Assembly: GCF_032062105.1 (NCBI RefSeq)
Contig: NW_026931427.1
Location: forward strand, 1 to 64,000
Length of the DNA stretch: 64,000 nt
Direction: 5' to 3'
Source of the DNA: Saccostrea cucullata
Lineage: Eukaryota
The notes beneath the pieces were generated by a model. The model was not told where the DNA came from. It did no database searches and saw only the letters and a program-made list of their open reading frames with translations. Below, piece by piece: positions 23,040 to 37,321 of this stretch (its first letter is position 1; each line of letters opens with the position of its first letter). The position numbers and the translations under genes are program-made.

Positions 23040-26000
23040 CGTGAAAGGTGTAAAACGGGGACATTTGTTTGTTTACACACCTTCCAACCGGGGACGACCT
23101 TCCAACCGGGGACGTCCCCGGTTGTCTTCGATTAAAAATAGCTCCAAATTCGAAATCAGGGATGTCTAATTACCCCAAAAAGCCGAAAAAATCCATTTTT
23201 CAACATGTTGAAAAAATGTCCCCGGTTAGTTAGAATTAAAAGATGTGTGTTAGTGTGAACTTTTCATAATTATCGAAAGTTCGTATTTGGGGTTTACACA
23301 CGTGTCCCCGTTCGTATAGTGAAAAACGTGTCACGTGACCTTTCCTGAAACAAACATTACCTTGATATATATTCTCTTTCTTGTTTTTAAGTCCATATTT
23401 TTTAAAAGGTTGAATTAACATATATTATTTTTCGTAACTACGTTATGACCATCAGTCAGTCTGACAAACATTAATCATGTCTATGGAACATCTATTTTGG
23501 TTATAGATGTATTTAGACTTAGTTGTTACGCATACATGTGAATTAAGTTTCTTAATCGAGTCTATCATTTTTCTAAAGGAATGAAGTTTATTTTAACTCA
23601 AAGGCGTCAGAACGGGGGGGGGGGGGGGGGGGGGGGCTTAGCCCAACTTTTTTTTTCTAAATATATACTTAAGCTTAGTATAGACATTGAACATTGTTGC
23701 CAATAGCCCTCCCACTTTCCAAAAACACGTCGCAGTATAGGTTCTAACCTCACACCCCACCCCTCACGAAATAGGATTTTCGTGTTCGGGAAATGGACAT
23801 TTCCCCCCTTTTTGTGCTTGTCAGAGATTTTTTTGAGGACATATATTAATTTTTTTTTACACTTAGCCCCGCCCACAACTTTCAATTTGCTTCCGAGGCC
23901 AATGCAACTTATGATATACGATTAATTAACATAATTTGGGGCCGTTTGTGCGTAATAAACTACGTAGTATTACAGTTTAATGATTGAAGAATAAGCAGTC
24001 GCGATATATTCAACATAATATCCGTGGGCGTCAAAAGCAAATTAAACGGGGGGCCACAATGCAATGGGGCTAAACCCCAATAAAACCGTAAACCCCTTTT
24101 TTCAATGCACAATTAGTGTATATCTGTGCAAAAAAGTAGAGGATGCAAGCTGATAATTCGAAATAAATAATTGTTTACATTAAAGTTTGAAATCTGTAGT
24201 AGGGTTGATTTTCTTAAGCTTAAACATAATTCTTGATTTAGTGGGAAAATTATACCCATTTAGATTAATAAGTTTACGTATTATTTGCAGAGTTAATTAA
24301 AGATTTTTTTGTTAAATAATACACATTTCACCAGAATTGAACTTTGTCATGCATTTTGGTGGGAGGGGGGTTACAGTGGGGTGAGAGTAGGGTTGGGATT
24401 GGAAAGTTACAGCGTACAGTTTTTTACCATTTTATTTGTAAGTTGTTATTTGCATAGCTAAGGATGCTAGTATACATGCATGAGACTAAACTGAAATTCC
24501 TTCAATGTGCCTTGTAATAGTACTGTGGCAAATGCTAGCTGCAGAACTGTAACTCTCCGAAAAAAATATTTTTTCAGACCAGAGAGCTACAATGTACAGC
24601 CCCATCCATTGTAAAAACTGTATATTTATTGCCTGAAAAAAACTGGATTTATTCTTCCATTTTTTTTCCTTAATTGCAAAAAGATATATTTTAAGAAAAA
24701 TCCTTACTTCTATATAAAGTACTCTCCTATACATGTAGGTGACAACTGCACGAAGTACATTGGACCGAATTATCTTGCAATTCAAATAAATAAATAAATA
24801 AATAGTCGATGATTTTTTTTCATGATATCAACTTCAAGTCCAGGAGGGCTATTAACAAAATTATAACATTTGTTGTTGCGGAAACATTGAAACAATATGT
24901 TAGCAACACACGGTTAGTAATATTTTGAGATGACACTTGAAAACTATGGAGAAATAAATCAAGAAACAGTGCGCAATAAATATACCGTTTTTACAATGGT
25001 TTGCATTGTAACTCTCCTATCTGTCAAAATTTATTTTTCCGGAGAGCTACAGTTCTGCAGCTAGTAAGCAAATGCGTGTGGAATGATTAAATTTTAAAAT
25101 AATGTTTCGACAGTCTGAGATTTCTGAAGGGGAGAGATACTGAAGGAATCTAAAAATATCAATAAATCCCTCGCTTTATGAAAACAAAATGTTTAGTGTA
25201 ATGCTGATGAGAAGGAAGTGGGGGGAGGGGGGGGGGGTCTTATGCTGACTATATACCACAGCGATTTGATCATACCGCTTAGAATTCGAAGTACGTGAAG
25301 ACGTTATGTTGAAAAACCCCTATAGATTGAATCTGTGCGATTCATAAAGTCAGCTTATATAGATTTTTACAATAAATCTGATCAATTAAAAGGACACTTT
25401 CTCTATAATTAACCAGTAACCATTGTATATACTCGTATAACCGTTATATCTCCTACTTCTATTTTTAAATTAAAAAATTCATACTTTTATAATACACAGA
25501 ATAAATAGCACAAAGGGTTCTTAATCTAGTGCCATCAGATGTTCATAGACAAAAAATCAGCATGCATTAATTACCAGGGGTTTTTGGAAGATATCAAATT
25601 ATGAAAATTTTTGCATTATTCAAAGAAAACTATATAAAAATCATATATCACAATTTCCAGATTTTTTTCATCAAAATTTGTTTTGGAAGAGGTGTACGAA
25701 TCCATACATAAACATTTAAGTATTGCACACAGATCCTTCATTTAGTGAAACTCTTCAACCCTAGGGAAGAGCCCAATAAAGTTCAAACTATGAGTTATAA
25801 AGGTCAAAATTTCAAAGCGGCATCGTCGTTATTCAGTGAGAACATAATGACATTGCGTGCAACAAATTCAGTTTCCAATTATTCAGATAACTTTTATAAC
25901 ACATATAAAATCTAAAAAAGATGGGTTTTTTTTTAATATAATTGTCTTCTTCTTAAATTTTCTGTTTATACACCATGAAGTTGCCTTTGTTCTATTACAT

Positions 26001-26467
26001 AGGCAGATCTAGGAATTTCGACCGGGGGGGGGGGGGGGTTGTTAGACTACTGATGTCTAATACTTTTTTCTATCAAAAATGTCGGATCGTCATTTAAAGG
26101 AAGTAAATAATTTCTTAACAGCTAAATATAAATAAAAATCTTTTCAAATTGTTTCATGCATATATTTTTAAGAATAGGTACACTTCTGTCGATGTAATGT
26201 AATTACTTTAAAATTGATTTATGCTCTTGTGGGTTTGGTGATATGGGGATGGGGGTTCCACATTTACTGTATTTAATTCCTAAACAAAATGCAAACTCAA
26301 TTTCAAGCTTTCATCCGAACAAAACAAAAACAGAATCAAAAGCAATTGTTAACAGAAAATAGTATTTTAGATATCTTTATAATTACTTCCTTTAAAAAAA
26401 TATTCTAGTCAGTATTTTTGAACCTGTAAGAACTTTAAGCCAATTGATTTCGATAATCAACAATGTC

Positions 26468-26930
26468 ACCAGCGTGGCGCAGTGGTTAGAGCGACTGCTC
26501 TAGAGTCGCGGAGTAAGGAGTTGATCCTTACGTCGCGGGTCCGAATCCCAATGGGGGACGTGGAGACTGGACCTTCGGATGAGATCGTTTAAACCTACAT
26601 CCCGTGTCGCAGTAGGTGCTGGCACGAAAGAGATCCCTCCATGCTAAATGGCCCTGAGTCGCAGAACTACGCAAGGATTTGATTCTTACGTCGTGGGATT
26701 GAATCTTACCGTGGGACGCGTGAGACCGGTCCTTCGGAGGAGACCATACAAAGCGAGATCCACTGTTGCAGTATATGCTGGCACGAAAAAATATCCCTCA
26801 CTGCTCAATGGCCTTGATGAGTGCCGAAGCTAGGTCAAAATTTGCAGCTCTCCACCGGCAAGTGGTAGCGTATCCATATTACATAATTAGTGAAAAAGTC
26901 TCGAGAGGGGACGTTATATACAATAAAGAA
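26468..26930 (+). mobile_element. Copy of the dimeric SINE within duplicate 2
   Basis: Matches 17253-17715. Confidence 0.8.
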
Positions 26931-27139
26931 ATAGAATTCATACACATATTTTCCTCTATTGTATTGTGATTATTTATACACAATTTTCCCCTTTTTTGTA
27001 ATATTTTTACTCAATTCTCCTCAACTGAGGTTTTAGAATAATTCATAAACATGTTGCTTCTTGTACTATTATAAGCCTAGGGTAACGTATACATACATCA
27101 TTCACATTTTTTTTTATATATTTTTATGATTTATACAGG

Positions 27140-27475
27140 AATGTCCCCTTTTGTTTTGTGATCATCTGTACTCACAATGTCCCCTATTGTATTGTTATTT
27201 TTTATACACAAATGTCCCCTATTGTATTGTAAATTTTTACACACAAAATATGTCCCCTATTGTGTTGAAGTTTTTCATACACAAATGTCCCCTATTGTAA
27301 TGTGGGTTTTTACACACAAAATATGTCCCCTATTGTGTTGTAGTTTTTTATACACAAATGTCCCCTATTGTTATGTGGATTTTTATACACAAAATATGTC
27401 CCCTATTGTGTTGTAGTTTTTTTTATACACAAATGTCCTCCATTGTATTGTGATAATTTTTACACACAGTTTCCT
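27140..27475. repeat. Copy of the minisatellite within duplicate 2
   Basis: Matches 17925-18260. Confidence 0.92.
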
Positions 27476-30400
27476 ATTCGATTAAGATGTTTTTCCCCCG
27501 AGTTTTATTCACAAATGCTTTCTATGGTTTTTCTATATTTTACACGATCTTCTCTCTACTGTACGGCTTACTAATATTCTTTATATCCATTTGTCCTCTA
27601 GTTTTCTGTTATAGGCCTAATTAAATGTAACACATAAAAATATCGGTCTTTCCCCCTTAAAACCTCACCCTTATCGGAAAACTGACTCTATCTAGTAGGA
27701 TTTCCCTCCGAAAATCACGCACCAGAGTCAGTTTTACGTGGGGGAAATCCTACTCTGTGAAGTAGTTATACGAGGGTTATCCCAAAATTTCGTAGACTGA
27801 GCTCATATCTTTTAAAGAAATTAATGTATCTTTATAAAATTTCCGGGGTGGATAAAGCGTGTTCTTGGCAGATAAATTACGAGGTTTTATGATGTTTACT
27901 TGAAAACTTTTCGAGTAATAACATTTAAAGTGATAGCGTTCTTTAACACCCGGAGCAATCTGCAACGTCAAAAAATATCAATGTCAACAGTTCAAATTTT
28001 TGGAGAAAATATTTCAATTACCAGAATCAAATTCTTAAATGAAACGAAACGGTTAATACCCGGTAGTTATAAATGTGAAATATCTTAATTACTATGATAT
28101 GATCAAACATTAAAATATGTAAACAAAGTATATGCATGTACATGTTTGAAATAATGCTAATTTGAAAACGCTACATTTCTACGGGATTTTCGTCTGTTTT
28201 CTCTAAGGGAGTTGCACAATGCAACTCTTGCCCATTTCTTAGCCCCGTCTTTTATTTTAGTTACTGTTATTCAGATATACATAGAGAAACCGATTTAATC
28301 ATTTAAATACTCAAAATGAGATAAAGTTTCCTAGTCTACCAAACCGTTATGACTGGAACATTTTTGTAAGAGTGAATTCAGGATCAAAACACTTGACCAG
28401 AGTCCAGTGCGCCGCCTGTGCCAACGCAGCCGCCATATTACAGAAAGTCGGATTTCAACCTCATGTACATAAAACGTTATAAAAATCATATTTATCAAAG
28501 CATAAACACCAAAATTTGGGGAAATGTACTTAATAGAGCAGTATTGAGAATTTTCACTTCCATTTAAAAAATACGGGGTAGTAATTACTTTTCCGTAGGA
28601 TAATATACCAAATTTTAATTTCAACTCTTGGGTATTGCGCCGCCTACCTACACCAGACAATGAAACGTGTCTTTTAAATTGGAATAATTTGTGTAGTTAC
28701 TCCATATTCGTCCATAAATTTATTAGATTGTGCTGGTTTAATCTATATACGAAGTTTCTTTAATGTATGACATAGGGCTCCTACAAAACAACGCTTGTCT
28801 ACGGAATTTTGGGACAACCCTCGTATAGTGCGATTTCCCCCAGGGCTAATGGTGTTCCCAATAAAATTTAATTGCTGTACTTATGGTTTCAGGGGGATGG
28901 GGCAGCACATTGCTACACGTGTTCTTTCTACAAAATGGTGACCAGATATATGTGTTGTTCACATACGAATACAAAGATTGAAAATAAAAAAAAAATTAAG
29001 CTCATTTTTCTCAACAACAATCAAATACATTACATCAGTGAAACGGGGTGGGGTAGGGTTGGTTAAGGTCTCCTTTGCGTCTGTCCTTCTGTCTCACTGT
29101 CTATCTGTCCCCCCGTTTGTCTGTCTGTCCCAAAAATTTTTTCACAATTTTTTTTTTCTAAATTTCTGAAATAGTAAGCTGTTTTTGGAATGGAAGTGTA
29201 TTTTGATGAGTAGCATTTCACTTTAATATTCTTTTTAAAGAAATACGACCGTTTAAATTTTCAAAGGTTTTCTACAATGTTTTTCTAATCGATTGGATAT
29301 AGCGAGCTAATTTTTTGTTTGTGAAATTGCCGTGAATTGACTAATCCCCGTGCATAAGTCAAATGCGCTAATTACTGCTTCGGAAGCTAATTCCCCGTTA
29401 TCTGTAGATCTCTTGATTTAACTTTTGTATCGGGAGGTGTTTAAATCAAATGAGCTAGTTGCTGACCCAAAAGCTTCTTCTCAGTTATCCATAATCCTCA
29501 TTAATATTTTTTTTATTTTTGTATTGGTATAATTTAACAGTAAAAATGTATATCATTAAGAGACTAAGCAAGATTCCAGTTCCCCTTCTAAACCATGTCC
29601 TGACGTTTGGGAACTGGAATCTCAGACCTGCGGCGTAAGGATAATTTTACTCCAAGAAAACCATTGTCAACTGAGGCGCAGTAAAGGTTGTCAAAGTTTT
29701 CGAAGGTTGAAACACTGCATGCTTTATGCATTATAATATTCTTAATATTCTATGAAAATATATTACAATGAACCTTGTGTGCATGAATTCTGCACAGTCA
29801 ATATTTTTTGTAATATCACCGTCATCAAGCAGAGTTGATTGTTGCTACGTTTGAGGGCGTGATTTCATTAGTCAGTGGATAATAGTGGCTGCGTCTCGGG
29901 AAATAGTCCTGGTCATGGGGAATTATAATCTTGCTAACTCACCAATTATATACTTTTTGACTGTTTTATTATATTGATATATAATTAAAGAAAAATACAG
30001 GATTACGAATGAACGGGGATTAACTTCCGGACTAAACGCACGGGAATCAGTCTATCTTTTGGGGATTAGTCCATTCACATGTACACCTACCGCTGAGCCA
30101 TAAGATTGATTGATTGATTGTATGTTGTTTAACGCCCCTCTCGAGAATTTTTCACTCATATGGAGACGCCCTGAGCCATTAATACTTCTAAACCTTCTAA
30201 TCTGAGGAGATTTGCATTTCTTTAGAAAGCTAAACTTTTGGGTTGGGACTCAATGATTTGAAATATAATTCTTACTACACAAGTTGAAATACACTCATTT
30301 TTCATTTAAAAATCTGTTTGTCGTTTATTTTATAATAATGCAGCTGTGGTTTATATAGACTCTATAACAACTCTGCATAAGAAAGAGAGAAGGCGTAATT

Positions 30401-32197
30401 TGGCTCTGGTGTGATTTCGCCTGGGGGGAGGGGGAGGGATTCTACTCTAGGGGAAGTCCATCTCTATAACACAAGTGCCAACTTTTTTCAGATAAATTTT
30501 TAAACAATGAGGACGAGGGTGCTCGCTTGTATTCATATCTCAAGCAATCAGATGTTTTGCAAAAAGTTTGTTAAAAGTACCCTATTTGCAGCAGTCGCAA
30601 CTGAAATGTCTTGTAAATTTTCTTTTATAATTTAAGCAACGATTTTGCAAAACATATTTTACTCCTGATTTTTTTTTTAATTTACGTTAATTTAGTTCAT
30701 TTGTATATTTCTTATAAAAAAAAATGATTTGAATTTAATAAAATGTAGTAGTCATAAAAATCTGTTGCAATTAAAAAACAGGTAATACTTCCGGATCATC
30801 GGTTTTCTGTGTGAAACAAAAAATAGATAATTGTTGGAAGGTTTTGAAATTAAAAGATAAGATAAATTAATTCCTTTCTAAACTGTCTTTGCTTTGAAAG
30901 ATTTTTTTATTTATTGTTATACCTTAAAATAATTGTTCCTATACATATCTGTACGATAAAAAGATTTTAAATGCTTAACTGAGCTGGCATAAAAAAAAAT
31001 CTATATTAGACGCTGAGTGAGATGTTGGACCGGTCTATGAGATGTTGAACCGCTTACATCACAGAATGGGCGGAGCTTAATCACATTTTCATTCGTTGGT
31101 GTTTAACAGTGACGGATCTTAGGTTACATTACGGAAGACAGTACAAAATGCATGTATGTCCAAAAAATTAAGAAATGAAAGGTATAACAAAACATTTATT
31201 GACTATGTTCTCGAGCAAAATGCGTTTTGTCGACCCTCGAACCTAACGGCCTTTTGGTTCTTTAGGTTCTTGGGTCCGAACTTAGTCAATAAATGTGTAA
31301 TGTTTTTATAAAAGTGCCTCAAAGATGCAATGTATAAATGTAAATAATTTAAAGAAGTCGTCGAACCCCGCTTCTGTAATAATGACGAGTATACATGTAT
31401 GTAAATGCACTGGATTTGATTTTAAAGTGTTTATCGATTATATTCAATAGCATGACCATAATCATAAGGCCAAATTAGATTCTTCTTTTCTTTTTTTTCA
31501 TTTTTAATTGGGTCATTTTGCGGAGTGGTACTATGATTGCCCTCTTCAGACATTGTGTTATATTTTTATAGTTGCAAGTATGTCAAATGATAATCATTTT
31601 ACTTGTTCAATACTGAACAAAAGATTTGAAAAATAAAAAAAAAATAAAGCAAAAACATCAATGTCAGGCGTGAACTTAATTGCACTCACCATATTCAAAT
31701 GCCATCAATCATGCCAATGCCACTGCGGCAACGAGGTCAGTGATGTCAAATTGATAAATTTAATGCAGATAGCTTAATTTTAAAACTATATAAGAAAACT
31801 TGAATAAATATTTTCACCATGCAATAACTATTCATTATTTCCATATTTGATTTAAAATCTTAAGCATTCAAGTGCCTATGAAGACGGGGGTCTTAATCAG
31901 TGATGAAAACCGGTGGTAATAAGTGAATAAAGGGCACAAAAGAGGGTGTTTTGTTCATTTTGGAAAATGTCCCCGTTTAGATACAATATAACAAGAACTG
32001 GTGTGTGAATATTAATGAGTGTAAAATAGGTCCCCGTTTGTGCTGTGAAATGTGCTTCGCTTAAAATCAAAGATATTGATATGTTTTCATTATATTTGTC
32101 ATCAGGATTACAGGGTGATTAATGTTTTAGGTCAAAAGTCAATGAAATGTTAAAAATAAAGAAGTCCCCACTTTGACAGTCTTTAACCCCTGTCCCC

Positions 32198-32438
32198 NNN
32201 NNNNNNNNNNNNNNNNNNNNNNNNNNNNNNNNNNNNNNNNNNNNNNNNNNNNNNNNNNNNNNNNNNNNNNNNNNNNNNNNNNNNNNNNNNNNNNNNNNNN
32301 NNNNNNNNNNNNNNNNNNNNNNNNNNNNNNNNNNNNNNNNNNNNNNNNNNNNNNNNNNNNNNNNNNNNNNNNNNNNNNNNNNNNNNNNNNNNNNNNNNNN
32401 NNNNNNNNNNNNNNNNNNNNNNNNNNNNNNNNNNNNNN
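32198..32438. other. Assembly gap
   Basis: Run of N. Confidence 1.
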
Positions 32439-33179
32439 ATTCTAAACCCTCTTTTTAAGCCTCTATTCTTTTACTTTTACTTTTTTTAAATATGCATTAA
32501 ATAACTCTGCAGATTCGTGGGGTAGGGGTCTGAAACCCCATCTGCAACCCCAACCGCTTTAGAACTGCGCTTGATGTCATATAAATATTTTTTAAACAAG
32601 AGGCCCATGGGTATCAACAATCACCTGAGCAACTTTGACCCTACTGTTCTTGGTATCTAAACAACCAAAAGATCTCTGGCCCACTGGTTCTTGAGAAGTA
32701 CATTTTTAGAGATTTTTCTTACCTTGCTGAAAAAGAACACGTGTTTCATTAACTTTTATTTTTACTTTTTCTTACAGATCTTCTGGGAAGGCGTGATTGT
32801 TGTGGGGATAGCTAGGGGGGGGGGGGGGGGTTAGTGGTAAACTTTTTCTCAGTCTCAACTACTTTCAGTACCAATTCTAATACTACATTTTCGGTACATC
32901 ACTAAAAGTGGGGGATCCACCAGGCTTTCAATTAACATTTCATATAGTATAAGTAAGGTTGGGAAAAAAAGTGGGGGGCCCCCTGGCCCCCCCCCTGTTG
33001 CTACGCCCCTGATTATTTAGAGAAAATACTAGTAACCAAAATAACTAAGCATGCAAAGAATTTTAGCATGAAGATTTTGAATGAGTTCTTGCAAGTGTGC
33101 TGTGTAAGCACCGATATTTTCAGGAAAAAGTCAAATAGATTGCCGCATAAATAATTACAACAGTCAGCATAAAAATAAC

Positions 33180-33307
33180 AATAGTGTTGCATTATGCATG
33201 TACTATGCCTAAATAGTGGGCAGGGTTTGACACATAGTCAAACCGTGCACCATGTGTCAAACCCTGCCTACTATTTAGGCATAGTACATGCATAATGCAA
33301 CACTATT
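33180..33307. repeat. Near-perfect hairpin (~56-bp arms)
   Basis: AATAGTGTTGCATTATGCATGTAC...GACACAT and its reverse complement with one mismatch. Confidence 0.93.
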
Positions 33308-35039
33308 ATATAAATAATGTTTTGGTTATTCATAAAATGTTAGAGTTATAATTGACGAAGAAAGTGTGACAGGTAGACAGACTGACGGAATAGGCTCATT
33401 ATAACGTACTCGGACTTTCTTTTTTCAGAAAGTGCAGATTCACGTGAAGAAAACATTTGCCTCATATATTTACGAATTTGAAAAAAAAAGATCTAGAATG
33501 ATATAGTTTGTTCATAATTGATTGGTTAAACAATTCTATTACAGCCTAAAGTTCTTTAAATTGTTGGTATCATGTATAAAACCTTGCAAATTATCGCACT
33601 GCTTTTTCTCGTTATGATCTATTAATTGTAAATAGATCCATTTTACTTCATAATAATGAAAACAGCCTTCGCTCGTGACAATTGTTGGGTTTAAAATGCC
33701 ACTCAAAAATGCAGGCGGCTATATCTTTTGAATGGTTAGAGCTACGACTTTCTTAAATAATGCGTGTACATGATGTGACAAGACCTTCCTTGACACTATT
33801 CATTTGACCATATAAACTCGACTTGACATGTGGCTTACTTTTGAAAAATCCCTTGAACGTTGTAATAGTTTTGCAGTGGCCACGGCTAGGGCTTTTATAT
33901 TTAAGGATTATATTCTTTGAAACAAGCTTTGAAACAATCATTTTAGGAAGATAGTGTGACAGGTAGACATACAGATGGGACATGATAAAAACTATTAAAT
34001 TTGACTCATAATTCTAAGATTTGAAGATGACTTTTTTATTACCTATGACTGCCCTTTCTTTAAAACAGAACATTGTATAAACAATTTAGAATGATTTAAT
34101 TTGTTAATAATTGATTATATTACTAACACATTAAAGCCTAAACTTCTTCGAATTGTTTATGTTGTTTGTATCATGTAAAACCATGCAAATTCTTGCGCTG
34201 CATTTTCTCGTCATGGGCTATTAATTGTAAATGAATCCATTTCAATTCATGATAATTAAAACAGCTTGAATGTTTGACAGTTGTGGGTTTAAAATCCCCT
34301 TCAGAAATATAAAGTTTAAAACTGTATAGGCATACATGTTTTAAGCTTATATATATATTCATGCCCTTTTGTTTGTTTACACTAATGAACACTGCTAAGA
34401 GCTTATTCCGCGAAAATGCGATAGAGAAGTTCATTAATAAACGCAGCTTTCTTTATTCGTCTATTTCTTGATGAAAGTATTTTTCTACCAGTTAGCAAAG
34501 AAAAAAATTAAAAACCCTTTCTTATAGGTACAGACCAATAGAGACTGTTTTACATTACGTCCATTCCTTAAAAGTAATGACACCTAATCTCCAAACGTGC
34601 AGATTCCCACTGGAGTACAAGTATGTTATTACATTATAAGAGCCAATCTCTACAATGACTTGAACTTTTATAAAGGAGCTATGGCACTCATAGTCTCTGA
34701 ATTTCTCCAAACTCTTTATGATAAAGGTGTTGACATCATAAACTCAAATCAGACAAAAATAGAAAAATTGGTTTTCTTAGTGTCATGGCAAAATATCCTG
34801 AAGTATAAAATAAACGGCATTTTTCTACATGCATGTTTAGTGTCCCATGGTTAACGTTTGCTGCAAAGCAAACAAATAGCAAAAGCAGTTTCCGAGTTGA
34901 AGGCCTAATAGCTTAAATGCATGATAAACATGCAACTATTATACATGTGCTGCTTTGGAAACACATTAATAAGTAATAAATTCATTCAATTTCATAGGGG
35001 CATAAAAATAAATACAGGTTTAAAAGACCGTTGTTGAAA

Positions 35040-35549
35040 CATAGACCAAGACGAAATATGATATTTCTTTTTCGTTGACAATGGTTGTCATGGTTTAAAT
35101 ACCACAAAGTTTACCACAAAATTACTGTCTGTATATTTTAATCTGATTTTATTTTTTTTTTTTTTTGAAAAAGCATATTTATTTTTAACCAAGAAGGGAA
35201 GATGTTCAATTTTGTTAACTTTATATAAATAGCATCATTTTTTTTAATCTACATACAACGGTACGTGTCCAATGAAACATTTTTTTTTCTCAACGCGAAG
35301 GTTCAATGCATACTTTTGTGCTTATCTCCATAGCAATACTCTATTTTTTTGGGATTTTTTTGAAATGTGAAAACAAGGACCACATCAACGCTTTTTAAAT
35401 TTGTTCAGGAGTTATATAGAAATGTGCCTTTTAGACAGGCGGTATAAAATTCAAGCATAAAGGGAGTAAATTTGAAGTCCTTCGTTGTATTAAAACCAGT
35501 GTATTCATTGCCAACCAATTAGAAACATCATATTTCGTCTTGGTCTATG
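35040..35549. mobile_element. MITE with CATAG...CTATG ends (P- or hAT-like)
   Basis: 23-bp TIR CATAGACCAAGACGAAATATGAT; flanks GTTGAAA / GTTTAAA could be a mutated 7-bp TSD. Confidence 0.8.
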
Positions 35550-36134
35550 GTTTAAAAAGGCTCTTTTATTTATTATTATTTTGTTGAATTACAACCTATA
35601 ATTGATTTAGGAGGCTCATTACACTCACTTTTTTTTTAGTTTTCATTACAACATCACTTATTATGATTTTAAATATCCAAATAGTGGTTATGAAAGGATA
35701 TATATTTTTTAAAAGATGTTTTAACCTACATTTTGTGATATTTCATATTCTCTTCGTGACAAGTACCCCTATAATGACTGAAAAATTTAAGTCACAGTAT
35801 GTAATTACCATTCGAAGTTTCACAGGCTACACTACATTTGATAACAAGGAAACATGACAAAGTTTAAAAATCTTGTGACACACTTCCGACATTTTTTCCT
35901 TTATGTTTTTTTAATGTTGATGAAATGTCTGATTATAGTATTGTAGAATCTCATTGTCCAATGATGGATATCATCTTCAGATACGTAAGCAATATAATAA
36001 CACCTCATAATATTATTCAATGTTATTTTTATTTAAAAAAACAAATTTTCCCCAATAAAGAATTCTTCTTAATGTTTGCAAAGATAATTTGGAAAATCGG
36101 TTATAAAAAACAAGGGATGTATATAAATGAAAAA

Positions 36135-36478
36135 TTTATTGATTGTCTATTGTTTAACGTCCCTCTCAAGAATTTTTCACTCTTATGGAGACGTCACCTT
36201 GTGCCGGTGAAGGGCTTCAAATTTTGACCTATATCGGCACTCAGGGCCATTAAGCAGTGAGGGTTCTTTTACGTTCCAACGCCTACCGTGACACGTGACC
36301 TACGTTTTTAAGGTCATATCCAAAAGACCCGTGACTTTCGCTTCTAGTGCCGAGCGCTTGGCGAAGAAACAGTCACTATCCTTGTTTGCGTCTTAGGTAT
36401 GACGCGGCACCGCGAACGAGAATCGAGCCTCGGCTTTTCACGAAGCGAAAGCTTTACAATTAGGCTACCGTGACCGGT
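36135..36478 (-). mobile_element. tRNA-derived SINE
   Basis: Minus-strand head GGTAGCCTAATTG...TTCGT...GGCTCGATTCTC; 3' end matches 17580-17700 and the fragment at ~20886-20950. Confidence 0.85.
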
Positions 36479-36639
36479 ATAAATATATAACAAATGGCAA
36501 ATAAAATGAAAAATGTTTTAAGGAAATGAAAATTCCGATTAAAAAATATTAATTGGAATAAAAGGACTAATTGCAAGAGTATCTTTATGGCAAGCTCTTT
36601 TACTATTTATTCGTGAAATAAAATTTTATTTTTCTTTCA

Positions 36640-36985
36640 ATAAAAGAGATATCTCTCTAGCATAGAAAGATATCTATTTAGCTTATAGAAATATCGCTTT
36701 CACTAATAGAGATATCTTTAAACCTTAGAGAGATATCTATTTAAACAAAAGAGATATCTCTTTGATTAATAGAGACATCTCTTTTACTTAGAGAGATATC
36801 TTTATAAGCTAGAGAGATATATCTCTTTAAGCGAGAGAGATATCTCTAAAAGTTAGAGAGATATCTTTTTAACAAGGTTAAAAGAGATATCTTTCTTAGT
36901 TAGAGATATATCTCTTTAGATTTTCAAAACGAGATATTTTTCTAAGCTTAAGAGATATCACTTTTAATGAAAGAGATATCTCTTT
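36640..36985. repeat. Array of palindromic AGAGATATCTCT motifs at ~21-bp spacing
   Basis: About 15 imperfect copies. Confidence 0.9.
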
Positions 36986-37321
36986 TCCAGTCATCCTTAA
37001 AATAAAATAATTAATTATTCCCTTTAAAACGAAAGCAAAACAGAAAGTAAAGTCTCTGTAGTAATTTCGGTGTTTTAAGAAAAAAGGCTGAGCATGCAAT
37101 ACCCAGAATAATATATGTACTATGTAGACAAAAATGCTTCAAATCCCTTAAATTATAATCGCAACTTCCTTGATAAAAATGCTAAAATTTTCTCAGCTCA
37201 TGAAATAATTAACTATTTGTCGAACTTTCAAAATACTCAGTGTACTTCCATGAATGAATAACTTACATCCGGTAAAGGGAGAAGTAATTAAAACACAATT
37301 TAGATAAAAATAATAAAAGAG

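Larger units (their letters stand above)
23039..32197. mobile_element. ~9.2-kb TIR element, copy 2 (direct tandem; right TIR cut by the gap)
   Basis: Colinear, near-identical to 13835-23002 at an offset of ~9204-9219. Confidence 0.9.

Noticed and set aside
13714-32197. Many short ORFs present twice
   Set aside because: Repeated only because of the tandem duplication; no recognisable domains, many non-ATG starts or inside SINE/minisatellite.
32173-32445. ORF of X residues
   Set aside because: Spans the N gap.
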